A DNA stretch of 53,594 bases from Flavobacteriaceae bacterium (lineage in GTDB: Bacteria; Bacteroidota; Bacteroidia; Flavobacteriales; Flavobacteriaceae), in NCBI GenBank assembly GCA_002729755.1, contig PBYT01000019.1, positions 51,849 to 105,442 on the forward strand, given 5' to 3'. This document shows positions 11,205 to 19,070 of this stretch, in pieces. The position numbers and the translations under genes were made by a program. Position 1 is the stretch's first letter. Each line of letters starts with the position of its first letter. Under the pieces are notes generated by a model. The model ran no database searches and was not told the origin of the DNA. It saw only the letters and a list, made by a program, of their open reading frames with translations.

Positions 11205-11795
11205 ATGAAAGAAAAAATTATAAAAATTATTAAAGCAATACTAAGAGTATATTTAAAACTTTTGAAAAGCAATTCTATAATTAAACATTTTTTTGCTTCT
11301 AGTATAATTGTATTTATAATATTTTACTTTGCCTTCATCTCAGTTAAGATTTATACTAAACATAATAGATATATTGAAGTGCCTATCCTAAGTGGTCTTA
11401 ATATAGAAGATGCAAATAAAATTTTAAAAAAGAAAAAATTAAAATTTGAAGTTTTGGATTCCTCTAAATACTTCTCTGAAATACCTGTTAATTCTATATT
11501 ATCTCAAATTCCAGATGCTGGAGAATTTGTCAAGAAAAATAGGAAGATATATTTAAATGTTAATCCTTCTGACTATCAAAAAGTGTCAATCCCAAATATT
11601 ATTCAAATAACAAAAAGAAATGCAGAATCAATTCTTAATGCTCTTGGTTTTGAAGTCTCTGGTTTTCAGTATGTAGATAATATTGGTAAGAATATGGTTT
11701 TAGAAGTTTTATATAATGGAGAGAAAATGAATATTGGTGATGCTATTGCAAGAGGGTCTAAACTTGAATTAATCCTTGGCAATGGAAAAAAATAA
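11205..11795 (+). CDS. stand-alone PASTA-domain membrane protein
   Basis: 196 aa: one N-terminal TM helix followed by two PASTA-like repeats of about 65 aa (VPILSGLNIEDANKILKK...; VSIPNIIQITKRNAESILNALGF...). No kinase or transpeptidase domain is attached. Confidence 0.7.
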   Translation: MKEKIIKIIKAILRVYLKLLKSNSIIKHFFASSIIVFIIFYFAFISVKIYTKHNRYIEVPILSGLNIEDANKILKKKKLKFEVLDSSKYFSEIPVNSILSQIPDAGEFVKKNRKIYLNVNPSDYQKVSIPNIIQITKRNAESILNALGFEVSGFQYVDNIGKNMVLEVLYNGEKMNIGDAIARGSKLELILGNGKK

Positions 11796-12813
11796 AATTA
11801 ATGAAAATGAAATTGATCAGGAACTTCATGAACACTTTTCATTTAATGTAGATAAAGGACAAGAACCATTAAGAATTGATAAGTTCTTAATGAATAGAAT
11901 TGAAAATGCAACAAGAAATAAAATTCAGAATGCTGCAAAGGATGGATATATTAGAGTCAATCAAAATCCAGTTAAATCCAGTTATAAGGTAAAAAAGGGA
12001 GATAAAATAAAAATTTTATTTACTCATCCACCTTATGAAAACCTTTTAACTCCTGAAAATATTGATTTAGATATAGTTTTTGAAGATGACTCAATTATAA
12101 TAATTAATAAACCTCCAGGCCTTGTTGTTCATCCAGGTCATGGAAATTACTCAGGAACTTTAATTAATGGTCTTTTATATCACTTTAAAAATCTTCCTAA
12201 AAACTCATCTGATAGACCTGGTCTAGTTCATAGGATTGACAAAGACACTTCTGGTTTGATTGTAATTGCAAAAACAGAAAAAGCAATGACATTTCTTGCT
12301 AAGCAATTTTTTAATAAAACAGTTGAAAGAGAGTATTATGCATTAGTTTGGGGAGATGTTAAGAATGATTCAGGGGAAATTAATGAACCGATTGGAAGAA
12401 ACCCAAAAAATAGATTACAAATGATTGTTTATAAGGACAGAGATGGTGGGAAAGAGGCTATAACCACTTATAAGGTCATAAAAAGGTTTGGATATGTGAC
12501 TTTAATTAGCTGTAGGTTAAAAACTGGAAGAACTCATCAAATTAGAGTTCATATGAAATACTTAGGACATGTTTTGTTTAGCGATGGAAGGTATGGTGGA
12601 GACAAGATTTTAAAAGGAACAGTTTTTTCAAAATACAAACAGTTTGTTGAAAACTGTTTTGAGATTCTTCCTAGACAAGCCCTTCATGCTAAAACTATTG
12701 GCTTTATTCATCCAGAAACTAAAGAAAGTATTTCATTTGATTCTAAGATTCCAAATGATATAAGTCAAGTAATAGATAAATGGGAACTTTATTCTAAACA
12801 TAAAAAATTATAA
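11782..12813 (+). CDS. rluD: RluA/RluD-family 23S rRNA pseudouridine synthase
   Basis: N-terminal S4-like domain and catalytic motif HRIDKDTSGLIV, plus GRTHQIRVH. The tracked start at 11776 is TTG. ATG at 11782 still overlaps the PASTA gene end by 14 nt. Confidence 0.9.
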   Translation: MEKNKINENEIDQELHEHFSFNVDKGQEPLRIDKFLMNRIENATRNKIQNAAKDGYIRVNQNPVKSSYKVKKGDKIKILFTHPPYENLLTPENIDLDIVFEDDSIIIINKPPGLVVHPGHGNYSGTLINGLLYHFKNLPKNSSDRPGLVHRIDKDTSGLIVIAKTEKAMTFLAKQFFNKTVEREYYALVWGDVKNDSGEINEPIGRNPKNRLQMIVYKDRDGGKEAITTYKVIKRFGYVTLISCRLKTGRTHQIRVHMKYLGHVLFSDGRYGGDKILKGTVFSKYKQFVENCFEILPRQALHAKTIGFIHPETKESISFDSKIPNDISQVIDKWELYSKHKKL

Positions 12814-12826
12814 ATTTGAATAAAAT

Positions 12827-13582
12827 ATGAAAATTCTAATATCACCAGCTAAGTCATTGAACTTTGAAGATAAAGTTCAAACATCAATTAATTCAAAGCC
12901 ATTATTTCATAATGATGCAATTAAAATAAATAGTGAGCTAAAGAAAGAATCAATTGAGTCATTATGTGATTTAATGGGAATTTCTTCTAAACTTGGAGAA
13001 CTAAACTGGACTAGAAATCAAGATTTTATTAAGGACTCTAATTATTCTAAACAAGCAATTTTTGCTTTTAATGGAGATGTGTATGATGGACTTGATATTA
13101 ATAGTTTAGATAATGAGAAACATCAGCTAGTTAATAATATAATTAGAATTTTATCTGGACTTTATGGGATTTTAAAGCCTTTTGATCATATAAAGCCTTA
13201 TAGATTAGAGATGGGATCAAAATTCTCAATAAATGGTAATAAAAATCTTTACGATTTTTGGAAATCTAAAGTTACCAATCAACTTAAAAGTGAACTTGCA
13301 GAAGATGAATTAATTGTTAATCTAGCAAGTAATGAATATTTCTCTGTTATTAACTCTAAAGAGGTTTCGAATAAAATTATTTCCCCTCAGTTTAAAGATT
13401 TTAAAAATGGCACTCTTAAAATTATTTCTTTCTATGCAAAAAAGGCAAGAGGTTTAATGTCAAGATTTATAATCGATAATAATGTTAAATCTGTTAATGA
13501 GATTCTAAGTTTTGACTCTGGCGGTTATTCTTATAGTAAGAGAGATACTGCTGATGAATTGAAACCTGTATTTATTAGGTAA
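12827..13582 (+). CDS. yaaA: peroxide stress protein YaaA (UPF0246/DUF328)
   Basis: 251 aa with the characteristic N-terminus MKILISPAKSLNFE and conserved KPYRLEMG block. Confidence 0.85.
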   Translation: MKILISPAKSLNFEDKVQTSINSKPLFHNDAIKINSELKKESIESLCDLMGISSKLGELNWTRNQDFIKDSNYSKQAIFAFNGDVYDGLDINSLDNEKHQLVNNIIRILSGLYGILKPFDHIKPYRLEMGSKFSINGNKNLYDFWKSKVTNQLKSELAEDELIVNLASNEYFSVINSKEVSNKIISPQFKDFKNGTLKIISFYAKKARGLMSRFIIDNNVKSVNEILSFDSGGYSYSKRDTADELKPVFIR

Positions 13583-13594
13583 TTATTATAATTA

Positions 13595-14320
13595 ATGATG
13601 ACAAAAAAAATTCTATTTCTTTTCTTTCTATTTCAATTTGGATATAGTCAAGATCGACAATTAATTCAAGGAAAAGTAATATATAGAAATATAAATGTTG
13701 TAGCTGCAAATGTTATAAATAACACCTCTCAAAGTACTACGATCACAGATGATCTAGGAGAATTTCAAATTTATGCAAAAGAAGGCGATGAAATTATTTT
13801 TTCTTCAGTTCAATATATCATTAGAACCGTGACAGTAACTAATGAGATTATAAAAAATAAAAGATTAACTATACAAATAAATGAAAGGATACGAGAGTTA
13901 GATGAGGTTGTCATAACACCTGATAATACAGAAAAGTTTCTTGATCTTAAAGAAGAAGAATTCAAAGGTTTTGACTATGCAGCTGATAAATCAACCAAAG
14001 TTGAAAATACTTTAACTGAAACTAGGCAATTAAAATATGGTGTAGATTTTGTAAATATTCTTAAGCTTTTAAAAACAATTATTGACTCAAAATCAGAAGA
14101 AGAAAAACAAAATCTTATAGCTAGTGAAGTTATTCCTTATTTATTTGAAGATGATTTTTTTACAGAGAGTTTACTCCTTGCTTCATCTCAAATCAATGAA
14201 TTTTTAAACTATATAGATACAAGGCCTGGTGCAGTAGATGTTCTTCTTGAAAAAAACCAATTTTTATTAATTGACTTCCTTTTAAATGAAAGTGTTAGAT
14301 ATAAAGAAATTAATGAATGA
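13595..14320 (+). CDS. secreted hypothetical protein: CarboxypepD_reg-like N-domain plus TonB-box-like ELDEVVITP, unknown C-domain
   Basis: Signal peptide ending ...GYSQD. The following beta-sandwich-like segment of about 80 aa (GKVIY...VINNTSQSTTITDDLGEFQIYAKEGDEIIFSSVQY) resembles the N-terminal extension of SusC-type receptors. Paralog of the next gene, with ATGA overlap. Confidence 0.5.
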   Translation: MMTKKILFLFFLFQFGYSQDRQLIQGKVIYRNINVVAANVINNTSQSTTITDDLGEFQIYAKEGDEIIFSSVQYIIRTVTVTNEIIKNKRLTIQINERIRELDEVVITPDNTEKFLDLKEEEFKGFDYAADKSTKVENTLTETRQLKYGVDFVNILKLLKTIIDSKSEEEKQNLIASEVIPYLFEDDFFTESLLLASSQINEFLNYIDTRPGAVDVLLEKNQFLLIDFLLNESVRYKEINE

Positions 14321-15096
14321 AACTTCATCTTACATTAATTTTACTTTTATTAGGTGGATTCTTATTTTCTCAAGATAATCAAGAAAAAAAAGTTGTTGGA
14401 TACATCCTTAATGATAACAACTTTTCTATTGAAGGGATTCATGTTTTAAATAATTCAAATGGTGAAGCAACAATTACAAATACTGATGGTAGGTTTGAGA
14501 TAAAAGCAAGCCTTAATGATGAGATTATATTTTCAGGAATCCAGTTTACTAGAAAGAAGATATTATTAAACAAAGAATTATTTGATTCAATATTGTTAAA
14601 TATTTATCTAGATGAATATGTAAATGAGTTAGATGAAGTTATTGTTAACTCAAGTGGTCTTTCAGGCAATATTTTAGATGATTTAAGAAATTCAGGTATT
14701 TCTAGAGAATATAATTTTGATGATTTTGGAATTCCTGGATTTAAAGGAATAAAGAAAGAAAGGATATTATCAACTAAAGAAGTAGCAACAAGGTTTTTAT
14801 TAATGCCTTTAACTGGAGGAATGGATATAGAATTACTATACAATGCTATTTCAGGATATTATGATTTAAAAAGAAAGGAGATTGAATATAAAAATCAGCT
14901 ATATATAACAGATCAAATAATTATCTTTTATGGAAAGAAATATTTTATTGATGAATTTAATTTAGATGAAAATAAAATTCATGAATTTGTTAGTTCTGCT
15001 GTTCAAAATTATCCCTTAAATCAGAACTTTAAAGCTGGAAATCATTCATTAGTTTTAGAATATTTAAAAAAAAATTTCAAGAGGTTGAATAATTAA
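14317..15096 (+). CDS. secreted hypothetical protein, paralog of 13595..14320
   Basis: Same architecture: signal peptide ending FSQD, GYIL...VLNNSNGEATITNTDGRFEIKASLNDEIIFSGIQF, then ELDEVIVNS and a divergent C-terminal domain. Confidence 0.5.
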   Translation: MKLHLTLILLLLGGFLFSQDNQEKKVVGYILNDNNFSIEGIHVLNNSNGEATITNTDGRFEIKASLNDEIIFSGIQFTRKKILLNKELFDSILLNIYLDEYVNELDEVIVNSSGLSGNILDDLRNSGISREYNFDDFGIPGFKGIKKERILSTKEVATRFLLMPLTGGMDIELLYNAISGYYDLKRKEIEYKNQLYITDQIIIFYGKKYFIDEFNLDENKIHEFVSSAVQNYPLNQNFKAGNHSLVLEYLKKNFKRLNN

Positions 15097-15113
15097 TTAG
15101 ATTTGATATTAAT

Positions 15114-15389
15114 ATGATACTATTTATAAGTGGTGCAGAACTAGTTTTTGTTTTTTTTATAGTTCTTCTTGTTTTTGGAGCTGATAAAATTCCTTCTATT
15201 GCTAGAGGTCTAGCTAAGGGAATGACTCAGGTTAGGCAAGCTACTAATGAAATAAAATCTGAAATTCAAAAAAACACAAAATTTAAAGATCCATCAAAGA
15301 ATATATCTAAAGAACTTAATGATAGTGTTGGGGATATTAAAAAAGACTTTGATGATATTACTGACTCAATAAAAAGAAATTTAAATTAA
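15114..15389 (+). CDS. tatA: twin-arginine translocase TatA/TatE-family subunit
   Basis: 91 aa with an N-terminal TM helix followed by FGADKIPSIARGLAKGM and an amphipathic helix, the classic TatA/B layout. Confidence 0.8.
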   Translation: MILFISGAELVFVFFIVLLVFGADKIPSIARGLAKGMTQVRQATNEIKSEIQKNTKFKDPSKNISKELNDSVGDIKKDFDDITDSIKRNLN

Positions 15390-16052
15390 TCTTGAAATAG
15401 AAACACCATCTCTGATAGGAATAATTATTGTTTCAAACCTCGTATCATTTTTTAATAACTGATTAAACCTATTTAAGATATCAGTTTCTAAATCATCTGT
15501 TTTAGATGGTTCTAGAACTTTTCCACTCCAAAGAACATTGTCTGAGATTAGAATACCTCCATTAATCATTTTTTTTGAAACAGATCTATAATACTCAATA
15601 TAATTTTCTTTATCTGCATCAAGAAATATAATATCAAATTTTTCATTTAATGTTTCAATTAGATTCAAGGCCTCACCATGTAGTTGAATAATTTTATCTC
15701 TATAACCGCTTTTTTCAAAATATTTATTCTGAAAATCAATTATCTCTTCATTTTTGTCTATTGTAATAATTTTCCCATCATTTGCTAATCCTTCTGCAAG
15801 GCATATTGTCCCGTAACCAGTATATGTTCCAATCTCTAAAACTCTTTTTGGTTTAATCATTTTTGATAAAAGACTTAAAATCCTTCCTTGTGGATGACCA
15901 CTAAGCATTCTAGGCTGAAGAATTTTTTGATAAGTTTCTTTGGTTAATTCTTTAAGTAATTCTGGTTCATCTTCAGAATTTTTAATTACATAATCCATTA
16001 TTTTTTTATCTACAAAATCCATTTTAAAGTCATTTTTTGTAAGGTGTCTCAT
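15381..16052 (-). CDS. class I SAM-dependent O-methyltransferase (family 3, caffeoyl-CoA OMT-like)
   Basis: SAM-binding motif VLEIGTYTGYGTICLAEG, followed by IFLDADKENY. Confidence 0.85.
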   Translation of the reverse strand: MRHLTKNDFKMDFVDKKIMDYVIKNSEDEPELLKELTKETYQKILQPRMLSGHPQGRILSLLSKMIKPKRVLEIGTYTGYGTICLAEGLANDGKIITIDKNEEIIDFQNKYFEKSGYRDKIIQLHGEALNLIETLNEKFDIIFLDADKENYIEYYRSVSKKMINGGILISDNVLWSGKVLEPSKTDDLETDILNRFNQLLKNDTRFETIIIPIRDGVSISRLI

Positions 16053-16092
16053 GTTTATAAATATAAAGATTTTATTACTTTAGCCAAAGATT

Positions 16093-16167
16093 GGGTGATT
16101 AGCTCAGTTGGTTTAGAGCATTACCTTGACAGGGTAGGGGTCACTGGTTCGAATCCAGTATCACCCA
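16093..16167 (+). tRNA. tRNA-Val (anticodon GAC)
   Basis: Hand-folded cloverleaf. Acceptor GGGTGAT/ATCACCC plus discriminator A; D arm GCTC-AGTTGGTTTA-GAGC; anticodon stem TTACC/GGTAG with loop TTGACAG (GAC at 16138-16140); T arm ACTGG-TTCGAAT-CCAGT. CCA is not encoded. Confidence 0.93.
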
Positions 16168-16182
16168 CATAAAATTTTATAT

Positions 16183-17505
16183 ATGTATAGAAATCTAATT
16201 AATACAATTTTTTACGTTTTTCTTTCTCAATTTGTGTTTTCTCAGCAATATGATTTTCAAAAATTAGATAAGTATTTCGATAGCTTAAAAGAGAATAATA
16301 GATTTATGGGAACTGTTGCAATATCTAAGGGTAATGAATTAATCTATACTAAGTCAATTGGATTTCTTGATTTTGAAAATAATATTTTGTTAAATTCAAA
16401 CTCAAAGTTTAGGATAGGTTCAATTTCAAAAACCTTTACTTCAGTTTTAGTTCTTAAATCTGAAGAAGAAGGAAAATTAAATTTGGATGATACTATTGAA
16501 GATTTTTTTCCTGATCTTCCAAATTCAGAAAAAATTACAATAGAAAATCTACTGAGCCACAGAAGTGGTATTTTTAATTTCACAGATTCATCTGAATATA
16601 TGGAATATAGAATACAGCCTAAATCCAGACAGGAACTGATTAAAATAATCTCAAATTTTGATTCTATTTTTAAACCTGGAAGGAGATCTGAATATAGTAA
16701 TTCAAACTATGTATTATTAACTATCATCCTAGAGGAAGTTTATTCTAGAAACTATAGTGAGATATTATCAGAAAAAATCACTAAACCTTATGAATTAAAT
16801 CACACTTATTATGGAGATAAGATAGATATAAATAATAATGAAGCAAAATCTTATATGTATGCTGGAGAGTGGATAGAACAAGAAGAAACTGATGCCTCAG
16901 TCCCCTTAGGAGCTGGTGGAATTGTCTCTAATCCAAGCGATCTTACAAAATTTAGTCACTTATTATTTACTGGTAAAATTTTAAAGGATCAAAGTCTTGA
17001 GAAAATGAAAAAAATTAATGGTCAATATGGTCTTGGAATATTTACAATACCGTTTTATAAAAAAACTGCATTTGGCCATACTGGTGGGATCGATGGTTTT
17101 AGTTCTATTTTTGCAAATTTTACTGAGGACGGCATTTCTTATTCACTTAATTCAAATGGAACAAATTTTAACAATAATGATATTTCAATTGCAGTATTAA
17201 GTGCAATTTTTGATAAACCTTATGAAATTCCAACTTTCTCTAATTATGAAATTTATCCTGAAGACTTAGATAAACTAATAGGAACATATAGTTCCAAAAC
17301 AATGCCACTAATAATTGAGGTCACAAGGGAAGATAATACTTTAATAATTCAAGGAACAGGTCAACCAAAAATTTCTCTTGAGGCTGTTGAAAGAAATATT
17401 TTTAAATCTAATATTGTCGGAGCTGAATTTGAATTTAACCCTGAGGAAAATTCATTTATTTTAAGACAAAATGGTGCAAAAATTAAATTTGTTAAGAATA
17501 ACTAG
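16183..17505 (+). CDS. exported serine hydrolase, beta-lactamase/PBP4*-like family (PF00144-type)
   Basis: Signal peptide; SxxK (GSISKTF), Y-x-N (YSNSNY) and HTG (FGHTGG) motifs; an extra C-terminal domain of about 90 aa. Confidence 0.8.
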   Translation: MYRNLINTIFYVFLSQFVFSQQYDFQKLDKYFDSLKENNRFMGTVAISKGNELIYTKSIGFLDFENNILLNSNSKFRIGSISKTFTSVLVLKSEEEGKLNLDDTIEDFFPDLPNSEKITIENLLSHRSGIFNFTDSSEYMEYRIQPKSRQELIKIISNFDSIFKPGRRSEYSNSNYVLLTIILEEVYSRNYSEILSEKITKPYELNHTYYGDKIDINNNEAKSYMYAGEWIEQEETDASVPLGAGGIVSNPSDLTKFSHLLFTGKILKDQSLEKMKKINGQYGLGIFTIPFYKKTAFGHTGGIDGFSSIFANFTEDGISYSLNSNGTNFNNNDISIAVLSAIFDKPYEIPTFSNYEIYPEDLDKLIGTYSSKTMPLIIEVTREDNTLIIQGTGQPKISLEAVERNIFKSNIVGAEFEFNPEENSFILRQNGAKIKFVKNN

Positions 17506-18012
17506 TTAAATTACAATAAACTCTCCTCTCATTAGTTGATAATGTCCTGGAAATGTACATATAAAAATATATTTTCCTGGTTCCGGTGCATCAAAGACTA
17601 TTGTATCACTTTCTCCTCCACCTAACATTTTTGTTGTAACAATAATTTCATCACCTTCAGGGATATACTCATTATCTCTAGCAAGTATTGCTCTTTGTGC
17701 AAAGGCATCAACATCAACACCTTTCTTTAGTAAAACAAAATTATGTCCCATAAAATCCTTTCCGATTTTTCCTACATGATTTAAAGTAAGTGTAATGTTT
17801 TCACCATAACTAACTTTTATTACTTTTTTGTCAAAGAGCATTGCATCATTAGAATTTAAAATAACTGTATTCTGGAGATCAGTATTTTGAATAACTTCAG
17901 ATGAATTTTCTTGAACACGTTCATATTGAAAATTTTCTTTTTTTTGTTTTTGGTTACATCCAGCAAGAACAATTGCAATAATTAAATAAATGTTTATTGG
18001 CTTCATAGTCAT
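17506..18012 (-). CDS. azu: azurin (type 1 blue copper protein), predicted lipoprotein
   Basis: Lipobox VLAGC. The copper ligand set matches azurin: GHNFVL (Gly/His) and CTFPGHYQLMRG (Cys-x4-His-x3-Met). The C-terminal half aligns well with my recall of Pseudomonas azurin. Confidence 0.85.
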   Translation of the reverse strand: MTMKPINIYLIIAIVLAGCNQKQKKENFQYERVQENSSEVIQNTDLQNTVILNSNDAMLFDKKVIKVSYGENITLTLNHVGKIGKDFMGHNFVLLKKGVDVDAFAQRAILARDNEYIPEGDEIIVTTKMLGGGESDTIVFDAPEPGKYIFICTFPGHYQLMRGEFIVI

Positions 18013-18097
18013 AATTTATTTATACAAATTTATCATACAAAACTATTAAAACATAATTATTTAACTTTATCTTTAAGACATAATTAAAATTAATATT

Positions 18098-18640
18098 ATG
18101 AAAAAACTTATACTAATACTAGCCCTACTTACTATGGGATGTAATGCACCAGTTGAAGGATCTGGATTTTGGATTGGTGATGAAAATGAAACTTTTGTTA
18201 ATGCTTCAGATGAGCATACTGAAACATACAAAAAATGGCTTCAAGCACACAATGATAAAGATATTGAAACAATTCTATCCCTTGAAACAGATGATGTTAG
18301 GATTGATTTACCTAGTGGAATGGTAATTTCTGGAGCAGAGGCACATGCTGAGGCATTATCAAATTATTTTGAATCTGCTGATCCAGAAATGAATCTCTAC
18401 TGGGCAATGCCATACAAAGGTGTTGTTAATGGTGAAGTTTGGATTATAGCTGGCCAAGTAGTAACAAGTCACGCATTACCTCCAAATGAGAACACGGTTC
18501 AAAGAATGATTGATGCTCAATTTAAAGAAGGAAAAATATCTAGAGTAATTGCCTATGATAAAACTCCTCCTCCTCCTCCGGCTGAAGAAGAAGCTCCGGC
18601 TGAAGAAGGATCTGATGAGGAAGCTCCGGCTGAAGAATAA
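18098..18640 (+). CDS. lipoprotein with SnoaL/NTF2-like domain and Pro/Ala/Glu-rich acidic C-terminal tail
   Basis: Lipobox LTMGC. The segment ETYKKWLQAHNDKDIETILSLETDDVRIDL is typical of SnoaL-like polyketide-cyclase-fold proteins. The tail is PPPPAEEEAPAEEGSDEEAPAEE. Confidence 0.55.
   Translation: MKKLILILALLTMGCNAPVEGSGFWIGDENETFVNASDEHTETYKKWLQAHNDKDIETILSLETDDVRIDLPSGMVISGAEAHAEALSNYFESADPEMNLYWAMPYKGVVNGEVWIIAGQVVTSHALPPNENTVQRMIDAQFKEGKISRVIAYDKTPPPPPAEEEAPAEEGSDEEAPAEE
18578..18637 (+). repeat. in-frame short repeat: CCGGCTGAAGAA x3, including an exact 18-mer GAAGCTCCGGCTGAAGAA x2
   Basis: CCGGCTGAAGAA occurs at 18578, 18597 and 18626. The exact 18-mer occurs at 18590-18607 and 18620-18637. 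The region is locally much more GC-rich than its surroundings and encodes the (E)EAPAEE tail. Confidence 0.85.
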
Positions 18641-18658
18641 TTATTCCTATGAATAAAT

Positions 18659-18685
18659 AAAACCCTTCAAATGAAGGGTTTTTTT
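18659..18685 (+). terminator. rho-independent terminator
   Basis: AAAACCCTTC-AAAT-GAAGGGTTTT: a 10-bp perfect stem with a 4-nt loop, followed by a T-run, 19 nt after the stop at 18640. It is the only clean intrinsic terminator I could find in the window. Confidence 0.7.
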
Positions 18686-18698
18686 ATTTTTGTCTTGT

Positions 18699-19070
18699 AT
18701 GAATAAGTTTATTTATCTATTTGCTCTTTTGTTCCTTTTAAGTTGCTCTAAAAATAATCCTGATACTGAATTAGAAAGTTCATATAAAGGAAAGCTTGTT
18801 GTTAAGGGGATATGTATGAATTATGTTATTCAAGTTTTAGATTCAGATTTTGATTCTTCTTTAATTGAATTGAATTGGATAAATGAATTCTCAGACATTT
18901 CGTACACTAATGTTTTTGCTCTTGGAAGTGTATGTGATTTTCCTGAGGATATAGATGAAGGAGACGAGTTTAACTTTATTATAGATAACTCAAAAGACAA
19001 TAATTGTGCTGTATGTTTAGCTTATAGCCCAACACCTAATAAATACCTTAGTATAACTGTTTTAGATTAA
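18699..19070 (+). CDS. small hypothetical lipoprotein (4 Cys in mature part)
   Basis: Lipobox LLSC after a hydrophobic leader. I recognise no family. The tracked TTG start (18690) lies inside the terminator T-tail, so I used ATG at 18699. Confidence 0.5.
   Translation: MNKFIYLFALLFLLSCSKNNPDTELESSYKGKLVVKGICMNYVIQVLDSDFDSSLIELNWINEFSDISYTNVFALGSVCDFPEDIDEGDEFNFIIDNSKDNNCAVCLAYSPTPNKYLSITVLD

Noticed and set aside
16053-16182. Integrative element at tRNA-Val (integrase, att repeats, phage or transposon genes).
   Set aside because: No integrase, transposase or phage-like ORF flanks the tRNA. I could not find a duplicate of the tRNA 3' end downstream by eye. The adjacent block is reported only as a weak islet hypothesis.
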